From Octopus sinensis (taxonomy: Eukaryota): 64,000 bases of DNA. The translations under genes and the position numbers were made by a program. Every line of letters begins with the position of its first letter. The stretch's first letter is position 1. The stretch is taken from the NCBI RefSeq assembly GCF_006345805.1, contig NC_043026.1, positions 13,247,579 to 13,311,578 on the forward strand. Direction: 5' to 3'. Shown here in pieces: positions 25,878 to 37,716 of this stretch. The notes below the pieces were generated by a model. It was not told the DNA's origin. It worked only from the letters and a program-made list of their open reading frames with translations, and did not search any database.

Positions 25878-26205
25878 CATCATCATTTAGCGTCCGTTTT
25901 CCATGCTAGCATGGGTTGGACGGTTCAACTGGGGTCTGTGAAGCCGGAAGGCTGCATCAGGCCCAGTCAGATCTGGCAGTGTTTCTACAGCTGGATGCCC
26001 TTCCTAACGCCAACCACTCTGTGAGTGTAGTGGGTGCATTTTACGTGCCACCCGCACAGGTGCCAGATGGAGCTGGCAAACGGCCACGAACAGATGGTGC
26101 TTTTACGTGCCACCGGCACGGGGGGCCAGGCGAGACTGGCAACAGACACAAACGGATGGTGCTTTTACATGCCACCGGCACGGGGGCCAGGCGAGGCTGG
26201 CAATT
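25878..26205 (-). mobile_element. Family C fragment
   Basis: (CAT)n, core and 3 subunits. Confidence 0.75.
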
Positions 26206-26629
26206 TGTGTGTGTCTTTTGGTTTTTATTGGGATTAATTTACATTTAGGACATTTTAAGAATATAAATATTATCTTCATAATATAAAACAAACACCACAA
26301 TTTTAGAGATTTTTTGTAGAGTTAAATCTTAATAAATGTTCTCTTTTTGAGAAAGAGTTGTTTTGAAGATAGTTAAATCGGGAAGAGTCCATTTGCAAAC
26401 ACACATGCACATATGTATATATATATATCTCAATAGGTGAATGAATTATCCTATGTTTATCGTCAGCATGGAAAATTCGTTGAACCAATACCAGGGTAGC
26501 AAATTCACGTCAGAAACATGGTTGAAGCGACCTGTCCAAGGGTAGAAACTCCGGGTTCATGTGCAGAAATTTGTGTGTTGTATATGAATAAATGAAAGAA
26601 TGGAGTCGAACGAAGATGTTAACAAAATT

Positions 26630-26722
26630 CCTTTACTCTCGACATATGTTTCGAAGACAACATGGTTTCATTCCAAAGGAATAAAGGGAGCATTATGCAA
26701 TCTTCTCATCAGGAAAGAAAGG
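26630..26722 (-). ncRNA. Type I hammerhead ribozyme motif (Penelope-like context)
   Basis: CTGATGA (26712-26706); stem II GAAGA/TCTTC; GAAA (26652-26649); stem III AC-ATAT-GT; GTC cleavage triplet; ~10-bp stem I with one bulge. Confidence 0.75.
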
Positions 26723-26956
26723 GAGCCTTCGTTTTGTTTACCATGCAGGAAATCATCAAAATTTTTGTTTGTCTTGTTGTTGAGAGAGGCTCTCAAAGAA
26801 AAAATAAGAGGAAAAGAAAAGAAATCAAAGAAAATGAAAGTAAGAACAATGTCATCTATGACAACAGTTACAAGAACAACGTAACAGAAATGAAAAGAAA
26901 AAGAATGGTGATGAAAGGTGTGGGTGTATACTTATACATACATACTAACATACATG

Positions 26957-27064
26957 TGGAGGCGCAATGGCCCAGTGGATAGGGCAGTGGACTCGCGGTT
27001 TCGATTGCCAGACCGGGCGTTGTGAGTGTTTATTGAGCGAAAACACCTAAAGCTCCACGAGGCT
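26957..27064 (+). mobile_element. SINE family 1, 3'-truncated
   Basis: Same head as the 18182 copy. Confidence 0.75.
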
Positions 27065-27507
27065 TGGACTGCATTTTGTAGTTTCATTATTTCAACTCCT
27101 TGAAGGATTGAGCAGATCTTTTCAAAGTACCATTGTCAATATAGGTAGCATGTTGCATAATGTCAAACTGAAGGTGGGGAGCTATATGCAGCGAAGAAAA
27201 ATTTCAGGAGCTGTTCGATAGAGCAGAAAAAATGATTTATCAACTTGACTTTTCTCCTTTTGGGTTACCCATGCAACGAAAAGTTCCTAAAAGATACCAG
27301 GAAGGAAATGCATTAAAATATCAACACTGCACTGTTTTGGATCATTAGAAAGTGCAGTACTTGCAGGTAGTGGATACTGCAATAGCAAATTTGAAAGATA
27401 ATTTCTTTTCAGGATTTAGCAGATTATGAAAAACTGAGCAATATTTTACACAATGGAAATTTTGTGCTGAAGTGATCATGCAGTATTCAGAGCTTGATGA
27501 ATTTCCT
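27065..27507 (+). mobile_element. Degenerate hAT transposase fragment
   Basis: SEEKFQELFDRAEK...LPMQRKVPKRY...YLQVVDTAIANLKD; the paralog at 36424-36870 (-) adds the CPTRW motif. Confidence 0.68.
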
Positions 27508-27511
27508 TTAA

Positions 27512-27732
27512 CCCTTTCGATACCAACCAGGCTGAAACCGCCTCTGGTTCTTTAGTACAAATGTCTTGTTTTCATAAGTTTTGAATTAAAATCTTCCACC
27601 AAACCTTAGTCACAATTAATGTTCCTAACACTAGCTTAATGATAACCAAGTTATTTTACTAAATTCTTTGTTGTATCTAAAATAATTGAGAGAAACATAG
27701 AGCATCTCAAAATAAATATAGTAACAAAAGGG
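27512..27732. mobile_element. piggyBac-like MITE
   Basis: TTAA|CCCTTTCGATAC...GTAACAAAAGGG|TTAA; copy at 37365-37585. Confidence 0.8.
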
Positions 27733-27790
27733 TTAAGGAATGAAATAGTTTTTTTATAGAAATCATCATAGTGGATCATCTCTCAAGGAT

Positions 27791-28163
27791 CATCATCATC
27801 ATCATTTAACATCCGCTTTCCATGCTGGCATGGGTTGGACGGTTCAGCTGGGGTCTGGGGAGCCCGAAGGCTGCACCAGGCCAGTCAGATCTGGCAGTGT
27901 TTCTACAGCTAGATGCCCTTCCTAACGCCAACCACTCCAAGAGTGTAGTGGGTGATTTTATGTGCCACCGACACAGGTGCCAGACGAGGCTGGCGAACGG
28001 CCATGCTCGGATGGTGTTTTTTTTTTTTTTTTTTTATGTGCCACCGACACAGGTGGCAGACGGCCACGCTCGGATGGTGTTTTTATGTGCCACCGACACA
28101 GGTGCCAGATGAGGCTGGCGAACGGCCACGATCGGATGGTGTTTGTTACGTGCCCACAGCACG
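27791..28163 (-). mobile_element. Family C fragment inserted in the ghost 3' flank
   Basis: Interrupts the GGATCA...TTTGGTG sequence, which is uninterrupted at 37639-37660. Confidence 0.78.
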
Positions 28164-28330
28164 GATTTGGTGAAATGCAACCAGAAGACCATCGCATGTT
28201 TCCAAATGTTGAGCGATTGCTCAGTCTCCTTATAGTGTGTCCAACCAGTTCTTATGAAGATGAAAGATCTTTTAGAGCATGGCAGTGACTCAAACCTTGG
28301 CTGCGATTGACCAAGACTCATCAAAAGATG
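28164..28330 (-). pseudogene. Gene-less relic of a family A 3' end
   Basis: Aligns to the 3' flank of copies 3 and 4 (29300-29740) without the SINE; CTAAAAGATC stop context is preserved. Confidence 0.6.
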
Positions 28331-28433
28331 GAATCACATTCTAATAGACCACGTTCATAGAGGTGTTTTATTCTTTGCTTTCTTGATATTTTAACGAAGA
28401 TGCAGTCTTCACTAAAATATAAATTCTTTTTAA

Positions 28434-28653
28434 CCCTTTAGTGTTTAAACCGGCCATATCTGGCCCAATATATTCTACATGTTTTATATTCAAACTGGCC
28501 ATATCCAGCCTCTCACACCTAACCTACATTGACATTCTAAAAATAAACAATCACATCATTGAAACCCCAAAGCTATGAGATAATGTTTTATTAATTCAAA
28601 CCAATTTGAGTAAAAAATATTACATTTAACAGAGTCATCTGAAAACTAAAGGG
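28434..28653. mobile_element. piggyBac-like MITE, second family
   Basis: TTAA|CCCTTTAGT...ACTAAAGGG|TTGA; relatives at 42486-42838 and fragments near 18640, 44330 and 45990. Confidence 0.7.
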
Positions 28654-28688
28654 TTGAGCTTATTTTTTATATCTGAATTTCATTTGAA

Positions 28689-29020
28689 TCATCATCATTT
28701 AACGTCCGTTCTCCATGCTAGCGTGGGTTGGACGGTTCGACCGGGGATCTGGGAAGCCAGAAGGCTGCACCAGACTCCAGTCTTATCTGGCAATGTTTCT
28801 ACAGCTGGATACCCTTCCTAACGCCAACCACTCCGTGAGTGTAGTGGGTGCTTTTTACATGCCAACTGCACAGGTGCCAGGCGAGGCTGGCAACGGCCAC
28901 GGTCGGATTGGTGTATTTTACGTGCCACCGGCACAGAGGCCAGTCGAAGCGGCGCTGGCATCGGCCACGAGTCGGATAGTGCTTTTTACGTACCACCAGA
29001 CCAGGGATCCTGGCTGGTTC
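28689..29020 (-). mobile_element. Family C fragment
   Basis: (CAT)n and core. Confidence 0.75.
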
Positions 29021-29375
29021 AATTGATTTCGATTATATAAAATTTAATTAGCATAAAATTTTCCCCATGTGATTGGGTCCAGGAAAGGCACAATAAGCAC
29101 TACGAACGTGCTTCTTTAAGAATCAACATATATTGGTTTGTCTCCCTCACATTTTAAAGGCAAACAAGAAACCCTGACTATGTATATGAACTCGAAGACT
29201 AGAATGGTTTTTCTCCAGGGTGGATTCTTACATGCTTTTTTAAAAATCACCAATCGAAAATATTTTATAGAAATCATCATAGTGGATCATCTCTCAAGGA
29301 TCAGTGTAAAATGTTTGGTGAAATGCAACCAGAAATCCATCGCATGTTTCCAAATGTTGAGCAGTTGCTCAGTCT

Positions 29376-29681
29376 ACTTTTTTTATTCCTTCTCGAGCCA
29401 TTCCTGGCTCATAAGGGCCGGTTTCCCGGTTTCTTTGGCGTATAGGTTCCCCACCTGGATGGGACGCCGGTCCGTCACAGGTGAGCTGCAAGATGCAGGA
29501 GGAAAGAGTGAGAGAAAGTTGTGGCAAAAGAGTCACCAGAAATTCGCAATTACCTTCTGCCGGAGTCGCAAAGAGCTTAGGTGTTTCACTCATAAACACA
29601 CACATTGCCCGGTCTGAGATTCGAACCCACGATCCTTCAACCCCGAGTCCGCTGCTCTAACCACTAGGCCATGTGCCTCCA
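29376..29681 (-). mobile_element. SINE with a family-1-like head and a different 3' tail, in the 3' UTR of A copy 3
   Basis: 8-bp TSD CTCAGTCT (29368-29375, 29682-29689); A and B boxes; empty site at 28220-28227. Confidence 0.88.
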
Positions 29682-29733
29682 CTCAGTCTCCTTATAGTGT
29701 GTCCAACCAGTTCTTGTGAGGATGAAAGATCTT

Positions 29734-30897
29734 TTAGGGCACTGCAATAGCACTGTGTACTTTTTGGTGAATAACAAGACTTGTTCTCCCAGAAAACATA
29801 TTCCCACACGTTTTACACATGAAGCGTTTATTATCCCCAGTATGAATCCTTTTGTGAACTATAAGATTAGAACTATCAGAGAAACATTTCCCACACGTCT
29901 CACAATGGTAGGGTTTCTCCCCACTATGGATTCGTTTGTGTCTCTTCAAATGACAATTATTCTTAAATGACTCCCCACATGTTTCACAACGATAGGGCCT
30001 TTCTCCTGTGTGTACCCGCCTGTGTGTTGCTAAGTTACCATGAGAAGCGAAATATTTATCACATGTTTCACAATGATAGGGTTTTTCTCCAGAGTGTCTC
30101 CTTTGGTGAACCACAAGACTGGAATTCGTATTGAACGATTCGCCACATATTTTACAGCAGAATGGTTTCTCTCCACTATGAATCCTCCTGTGTTTTTTTA
30201 AAACGCTTCTAACATTAAACGATTTGCCACAGAGATCACAGGTGAAGGGTTTCTCTCCCGTATGTACCCTCACGTGGTTTGTTAAATCAGATCTGCTCAC
30301 AAAACTTTTCCCACATATATCACAGTCAAAGGGCTTTTCCCCACTGTGTATTCGTTGATGAGCTACAAGAGTAGAACGTTGAGAGAATGATTTACCACAC
30401 ATTTCACAACGATAGTTTTTTTCTCCCGTGTGGATTCGTACGTGAACTACAAGATCATATTCATCAAAGAATGTTTTCTCACACGTTTCACAACGATACT
30501 TTTTTTCTGCTGTATGTATTCGTTTGTGCTTTGTTAAATAACTTTTACAGACGAATGATTTCTGACATATTTCACACTGATATGGTTTTTCTTCACTGTG
30601 TAATTTTTTATGATTTGTTAAATAACGATTAGCAGCAAAATCTTTCTCACACGTTTCACATCGATATAGTTTCTCTGTTTTGTGTATTTCTCTGTGCGTT
30701 AAAACTTCCTGTTCTGAAGAGAATGTTTTCCTACAAATCTCACAGCGATATTCAGGAATATTCCTTTTATCTAATAACCTTTCTTTAGATTCATTAATTA
30801 AAGGCTTTTCGTCGCTGAATGTCCGTGTAACTGTTTCTGTATCGGTCTGAACAGTCGGGTTAGAAGTGTTCAACCGATTAATGTCCTGCATTTTCAT
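29734..30897 (-). CDS. C2H2 zinc-finger protein, family A copy 3 (387 aa, 12 fingers)
   Basis: Intact ORF; C-terminal half almost identical to copy 4. Confidence 0.93.
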   Translation of the reverse strand: MKMQDINRLNTSNPTVQTDTETVTRTFSDEKPLINESKERLLDKRNIPEYRCEICRKTFSSEQEVLTHREIHKTEKLYRCETCEKDFAANRYLTNHKKLHSEEKPYQCEICQKSFVCKSYLTKHKRIHTAEKKYRCETCEKTFFDEYDLVVHVRIHTGEKNYRCEMCGKSFSQRSTLVAHQRIHSGEKPFDCDICGKSFVSRSDLTNHVRVHTGEKPFTCDLCGKSFNVRSVLKKHRRIHSGEKPFCCKICGESFNTNSSLVVHQRRHSGEKPYHCETCDKYFASHGNLATHRRVHTGERPYRCETCGESFKNNCHLKRHKRIHSGEKPYHCETCGKCFSDSSNLIVHKRIHTGDNKRFMCKTCGNMFSGRTSLVIHQKVHSAIAVP

Positions 30898-31671
30898 TCT
30901 TAAAAAGAATTCAGGAATATATTAATATATAACGATCCAGTTCCTTGTCTTGAATCTCATAAGAATTTTGATAACGTTTGTGGAAAATATGCAATGCAGA
31001 TATATATTCTATTCGCTACGAAAATGCAGATTGTCAACTGGGTCGTCTCTTTTCTCTTTTAAGAGATTTGGATATAGTTTAATAAAGGCAAAAACGATTT
31101 TAGAGAGAGATCATAAATGACAGGTAACAGAACTTCGGGTGAACATTTTGTTTTTTCTCACAGCTTATAACAAAACAATCCCTTAGCATAATAGTAAATC
31201 ATTGAAAGACAGGGCGATGCAATTTTCCATTAACGATTGTAAGGTGCGCGCAATGATATTCCGAATGAGTTACAAACAATCGACGATGTAACTTCATTTA
31301 TGATGGAATTAATTAATGATGAAGGTGATAGAACACTGACCCTGAAACATGTAGGCAATCGGATGTCGTCCACAAACATTAATGTGTCCTCGTAATATAA
31401 TTATTACACATTATAACAATTAAATTGCCGAAACGATGGATATATCGGTGACATAGGTCAGAAGTCCCCAACAAAATTTAGTACATTCAGAAATGCCGTT
31501 CTTTGGCGTTCATCAGTTTGGGGTTGATTAAATGTGTACAAATTAAAAACAGATGTTGATGTAATCTATTTACCCGCTGTCCTGAAATTTCTGGCTTTGT
31601 GGCAAAATTTGAGATCAAATATTAGCACACTTCTGTTTTAATGATATAAAGTAAAACTTAAAGGCAAATAT

Positions 31672-31868
31672 ATTTCTTTATTGCCCACAAGGGGCTAAAC
31701 ATAGAGGGGACAAACAAGAATAGACAATGGGATTAAGTCGATTACATCGACCCCCAGAGCGTAACTTGTACTTAATTTATCAACCCCGAAAGATGAAATG
31801 CAAAGTCGACCTCGGCGTAATTTGAACTCAGAACGTAACGGCTACGCATTTCGCCCGGCGTGCTAACG
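31672..31868 (-). mobile_element. SINE family 2 monomer
   Basis: Absent from the paralogous site near 21990. Confidence 0.8.
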
Positions 31869-32269
31869 TAATATGAAAAATATCTAGCTTCTGACCAGTG
31901 TAATTCAGAATTTCAAGAAAATACTCTCATTTAATATCTCAGAAGATTGAATTGATTCAATCAACTTAGTCTATGACAAATGCTCTAAAATACTTTTATT
32001 TCAGTCCTTTAGCATTCAAAAGTAATGCTTATTTATTCATATTGTTTGAATTAATCATGCATTATCTCTGTTACGATATAGGTATACACGTCTGGTGTAA
32101 AATGGTATTACACAATAAAATACTTGGTGTGGATATATAACAATAACGTATCGCAGAAATATATATTAACACAGAACGCACTCCGTATTACTCAGGCGTA
32201 GGTATGATACTCAGTATTTACTGTTCAACTACCGACTGCTAAATCATCACATATCGAACTAACACCCAT

Positions 32270-34340
32270 TTATTTATTCTGGCACTACGGCCATAACTTA
32301 GGGGAGATAGCACAAGGACAGACAAAGCAATAGATTGGGGTACATGAAAATACATATCGGATGAATCATGAATATAATTAAAATGAGAATGAAATGGCTT
32401 TCCTACCCTCCAAAGGAGGTAGTTCCATATGACTGTTTTCTTAAATTAGTTTTACTTTACAGTCCTGTATCTTTTCTTTAACACAAAATTACAACAAATG
32501 CTGCATTATTATATCGTCAAAAATTTCAACAGACGGCAGCTCGTCGTATCTATACTGAAATCCTGTTATTTCAACTCTTTCCCCCCGCCCCAAATAGTTC
32601 TACTAACAACTCCCCTCTTTCTCTATCCAACAGCACACCCTTCTTACCTTCATGGTTTTCCATTTTCACTCTGATTATATTTTTCATTATTGTTACTCTC
32701 TTTTCAATTTCAACACTTTTTTTAATATATTATGAAGCTTCTTAATTTTCTCCCTGTACATATTGTTCTCTGATATCCTTCACCACTCACTTCGTCCATC
32801 ATAAATTTCTCTGTCTCTTTCATTTCCTTCCTTCTTCCTTGCTAGTTGAAAGCGACAGTTCATGCGTTCGCATTTCACTTGATTTTATATCTTTTCTTTC
32901 TTATTCTTCTCTTCATTTGTCTTTTTTTTTTCTTATTGGGATTTTTGGTGGTGATTCTAAGTACTTTTTTCTTTTCCCCACTGTAAATGGCTCTTCCATT
33001 TCTCTTCCTCTACTGCTGTACTCCCTTGAATTTCTTTTTCTGTTATTTCACTCTCGTGTTTCTGGGGACACTTGGCCTTCATGTGTCCCCCTTACTCCAC
33101 ACAAAAAACATATTGGAGGTCTAGCCTCCATAACAATCCTCAATCTAGTTTCATCCGGCAAAACCAGCTTTCCACAATCTTATGGATGTCTGGCAGACTT
33201 ATATGGACTGTCACCTCTAGCCCATATCCGCACCAGTTCACCTCCGTAGTTTTGGACACTTTCAGAATTTCCGCATCTTCCTCTGTATGGTAGAGGATGG
33301 CTGCCACCTGCCATGCCTCGTCAATTTCAAGGGGCAATCTACCTATCCTTACTCTGGGCGCTCGTTTGCCACAGTAAGCAGGCAATCTTCCTCTGTATGG
33401 TAAAGGATAGCTGCCACCTGCCATGCCTCGTCAATTTCAAGGGGCAATCTACCTATCCTTACTCTGGGCGCTCGTTTGCCACAGTAAGTAGGCAGTGGTG
33501 CCCACTCAGGCGATTTCAAGGCCACAGTGGAGTATTTATTTCTTAGCTTCATTTTCGTTTACAAAGCACACCTCCACCATGCCGAATGTCCGCCCTCTGG
33601 TGTAGAACGTGGTACAGACCTTCACCTTTCTCAAACACTCTTCTACTGCTTCTGTCGCTGCTATTTCTACCTTCTTCGTTGCTATGTTTAACGTTCTGTA
33701 GATAATAGTTCTTTTCTCGATATCTCTCTATATATAAACGGCAGTTTGTCTGTCTGTGTGTCTGTCAGGTTGTACCCTCACCCTGACCACGGCTTTCAAC
33801 CGATTCTGATGAAACTTGACACACACATAGCCCAATGTCATAATTCAAAACTAACGCAGCGAAAATTTTGAAAAGTTCCCCCAGTTCTGAAAAAAATCGA
33901 TAAATTCGACATGGGGTCGAGAATTAAAAACACAAACCACAGACTGTATAGGGGGCGCAACTCGACCTTTTTAACTCTCAAAAAAAATTTACCATAATTT
34001 TTTTTCCATTTTTTTCTATTTTTTGGCTATAACTCTCTAAAAATACTTTATAGTTATTTCCCTTACAAACCCGAGCAACGCCGGGCGATACTGCTAGTTC
34101 TCAATAACTTCTTTGGGAGGCGTCAGCCTAAGACAGTCTCCCTCCTTTTGCAACAAATCTTTATACTTCTTGAGGTTCTTATCTTTAACTTCTTATTTCA
34201 CAAACTTGCAGTAGCTCCGCTGACAGGCTTTTGCCAGTCGCTGCAGCATAACTGCCCGCTTCTACTGGTCTATTTTCCATGTTATTTACAACTTCACCCA
34301 TAAATGGGGAAGACAAATAAAAATTCCAACAAATTCAACA
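32270..34340 (-). mobile_element. ORF1(gag-like)-only non-LTR element, degenerate, with a nested Helitron
   Basis: ATG at 34280: MENRPVEAGSYAAA...VIENIEKRT...RIGRLPLEIDEAW...; frameshifted CCHC knuckle CFLCGVRGHMKAKC near 33065-33115; K/E-rich tail; AATAAA-type end; no ORF2 seen. Confidence 0.6.
33723..34097 (+). mobile_element. Non-autonomous Helitron
   Basis: 5'-TC, 3'-CTAG, subterminal hairpin CCCGAGCAACGCCGGG, inserted between A and T with no TSD; empty site GATA^TTCTC at about 23107-23115. Confidence 0.88.
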
Positions 34341-34659
34341 GGTTAACAATAATCATCATCATCATTTAACGTGCTCATGATAAATATTCTTCAATGTCAG
34401 TAGATTAGAAGTTTAGATTTGTAAAAAAATTTCTTACATCCAGCAATTAAATAAGTTTCCTTTTGTATATATTTGTTTGCCTTTTTAAGTGACCCACCCT
34501 CCTCTTCACTATCAGGAGGCACAAGCACTTACACACACATGTACACATGCAACGAGAATTTCTGCCTACCAAATTCAATCACAAAGCTTTGGTTGGCCGA
34601 AGGCTAAAGCAGAAGACACTTGCCCAAGGTGCTGTGCAGTGGGACTGAACTCGAAACCA

Positions 34660-34900
34660 TGTGGTTGAGAAGATGGTTAATGCTAAAAGATTTACAAAGA
34701 ATACTTTCAACAAATCTTCTGAATATTCTCCTCCTGGACATAACTAGTAACAACAAGGCTTTTGGATGTATAATTTTCCACAAATTTTATATACAAATGT
34801 TTTACCCTTGCATTTTTCTCATTAACCCCTGTACTATTCTAATCAGGATTAATGAGGGATCTCATTGTAATTCACAGTAATGGATTTCCCAAAAACTTTA
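34660..34900 (-). pseudogene. Detached paralog of the family A fossil-finger 3' flank
   Basis: Reverse-complement similarity to 42840-43060. Confidence 0.5.
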
Positions 34901-35546
34901 ACCCTTCAGCACATAAACTAGCCATATCTGACCTCAGATACCGGTCGAACCGTCCAACCCATGCTAGCATGGAGAACAGACGTTAAACGATGATGATGAT
35001 ATAGACTGTAAGTTTCAATCAGTATTGAATTTTGTTTGTTCGATATTTACATCCATTTGGTAAAAATTAAGAGATAAACTCATCAATAATTTGAATGACA
35101 ATTGTATGACATTTTTATATGTATTTGTCTCTCTAAGTGAATATAGAAAAATAGACAATACACTGTTTATTAAACTCACAATGGAAGTGCAAATAAAGTT
35201 ATCATCTACTCTTGAATTTCAGCCGCTTGTTTTGTTGTAGTATATAATATTCTTAAGTAAGCAAAGCACCCATTACACTCTCGGAATGGTTGGTGTTAGG
35301 AAGGACATCCAGTTGTAGAAAAAACAACGCCAAACCGACTGGAGTGTGGTGCAGCCTTCCAGTGTGTCAGCCCGGTCAAACTGTCCAACCCCCATATCAG
35401 CATGGACAATGAATGTTAAATGATGGTGACGATGATGATGATAATGAATTGTTAACATCTCAGACAACATTTTCATTGATCAGGACACTTATAAAAACCA
35501 TCCCCTTTTTCCAAGCAACCTTTTACTGCACAAACAATATATATAT

Positions 35547-36209
35547 ATAATAATAAATATTAGGGAATAAATCCAAATTTACAGGGAAAAATCAGATTTA
35601 TGATTGAATCCAATTTTATAGTAAAATATAATACAATATTAATTAGAGACAAAACCACTATTATGCAAATCAAACAAAGAAAGACTTAATCCAATACATA
35701 AAAAATTTTATATAAATTAAATATAATTAAGATTAATTAAGATATCTAACACCAACCATTCTGAGAGTGCAATGGGTGCTTTGCTTGCTTAAGAATATCT
35801 TAATTAATTTTTTATGTATTGGATTAAGTCTTTCTTTGTTTGATTTGCATAATAGTGGTTTTGTCTCTAATTAATATATATATATATAATAATAAATATT
35901 AGGGAATAAATCCAAATTTACAGGGAAAAATCAGATTTATGATTGAATCCAATTTTATAGTAAAATATAATACAATATTAATTAGAGACAAAACCACTAT
36001 TATGCAAATCAAACAAAGAAAGACTTAATCCAATACATAAAAAATTTTATATAAATTAAATATAATTAAGGTTAATTAAGATATCTAACACCAACCATTC
36101 TGAGAGTGCAATGGGTGCTTTGCTTGCTTAAGAATATCTTAATTAATTTTTTATGTATTGGATTAAGTCTTTCTTTGTTTGATTTGCATAATAGTGGTTT
36201 TGTCTCTAA

Positions 36210-36225
<16 letters not shown>
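35547..36225. repeat. Tandem ~340-bp dimer, each unit containing a ~68-bp inverted repeat
   Basis: 35547-35880 and 35887-36220 are near-identical; internal arms TAATTAGAGAC...CATAAAAAATT and their reverse complement. Confidence 0.85.
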
Positions 36226-36242
<17 letters not shown>

Positions 36243-36423
36243 ATAGAAATATGTTACAAAAAGAAAATAGAGACTACACATGGTAATGTAAGGGGAAAGT
36301 AAGAAAAATAGACAAAAAAACACATTGGAAATCAAAAAAAGTTAAGGCTTTTTATGCAAAGTGACGAAAGATATATACAATTAGATGTTTTGTGTTTAAC
36401 CTCTTGTGGGTAGTAAAGAAATG

Positions 36424-37360
36424 GGTATCTTTTAGGAACTTTTCATTGCATGGGTAGCCCCAAAGGAGAAAAGTCAAGTTGATAAATCATTTTTTTTGCT
36501 TCATCGAACAGCTCCTGAAATTTTTCTTCGCTGCATATAGCTCCCCACCTTCACCAGTTTGGCATTATGCAACATGCTACCTATATTGACAATGGTACTT
36601 TGAAAAGATCTGCTGAATCCTTCAAGGAATTGAAATAGTGAAACTACAAATTGCAGTCCAAGAATACAGTTGCCCATAGAGTGACATGTAAGAATACCAT
36701 TAGTTCTGGATGTAATGTTGGTGCCAAACTCATTGGTTGCTTCTTGTAAAGAAATGAGGACATCTGAATAATTTTGAAGGTCTTTGACTGGAGAAATTCG
36801 TTAGCCATCGAGTAGGACAAACGCTTTAAGGGGCATGGTGATGATACTTCCTTTTTTTCATCATGTGATAAATATGTGTGCTTAAATTTCCCTTATGTAC
36901 TATATAGTTATTTCTTTACTACCCACAAGGGGCTAAACACAGAGAGGACAGACAAACGGATTAAGTCGATTATATCGACCCCAGTGCATAACTGGTACTT
37001 AATTTATCGACCCCGAAAGGATGAAAGGCAAAGTCAACCTCGGCGGAATTTGAACTCAGAACGTAGCGGTAGGCGAAATACCACTAAGCATTTCGCCCGG
37101 CGTGCTAACGATTCTGCCAGCTAGCTGCCTTCCCAGTTCCTAAAGGATACCAGGAAGGAAATGTATTAAAATATCAACACTGCACTGTTTTGGATCATTA
37201 GAAAGAGCAGTACTTGCAGGTAGTGGATACTGCAATAGCAAATTTGAAAGATAATTTCTTTTCAGGATTTAGGAGATTATTAAAAACTGAGCAATATTTT
37301 ACTCAATGGAAATTTTGTGCTGAAGTGATCATGCAGTATTCAGAGCTTGATGAATTTCCT
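36424..37360. mobile_element. Second copy of the hAT transposase relic, partly inverted
   Basis: 36424-36665 is the reverse complement of 27065-27300; 37135-37360 is direct. Confidence 0.68.
36908..37125 (-). mobile_element. SINE family 2 monomer
   Basis: Complete body and head. Confidence 0.8.
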
Positions 37361-37716
37361 TTAACCCTTTCGATACCAACCAGGCTGAAACCGCCCCTGG
37401 TTCTGTAGTACAAATGTCTTGTTTTCATAAGTTTTGAATTAATATCTTCCACCAAACCTTAGTCACAATTAATGTTCCTAACACTAGCTTAATGATAACC
37501 AAGTTATTTTACTAAATTCTTTATTGTATCTAAAATAATTGAGAGAAACATAGAGCATCTCAAAATAAATATAGTAACAAAAGGGTTAAGGAATGAAATA
37601 GTTTTTTATAGAAATCATCATAGTGGATCATCTCTCAAGGATCAGTGTAAAATGTTTGGTGAAATGCAACCAGAAATCCATCGCATGTTTCCAAATGTTG
37701 AGCAGTTGCTCAGTCT

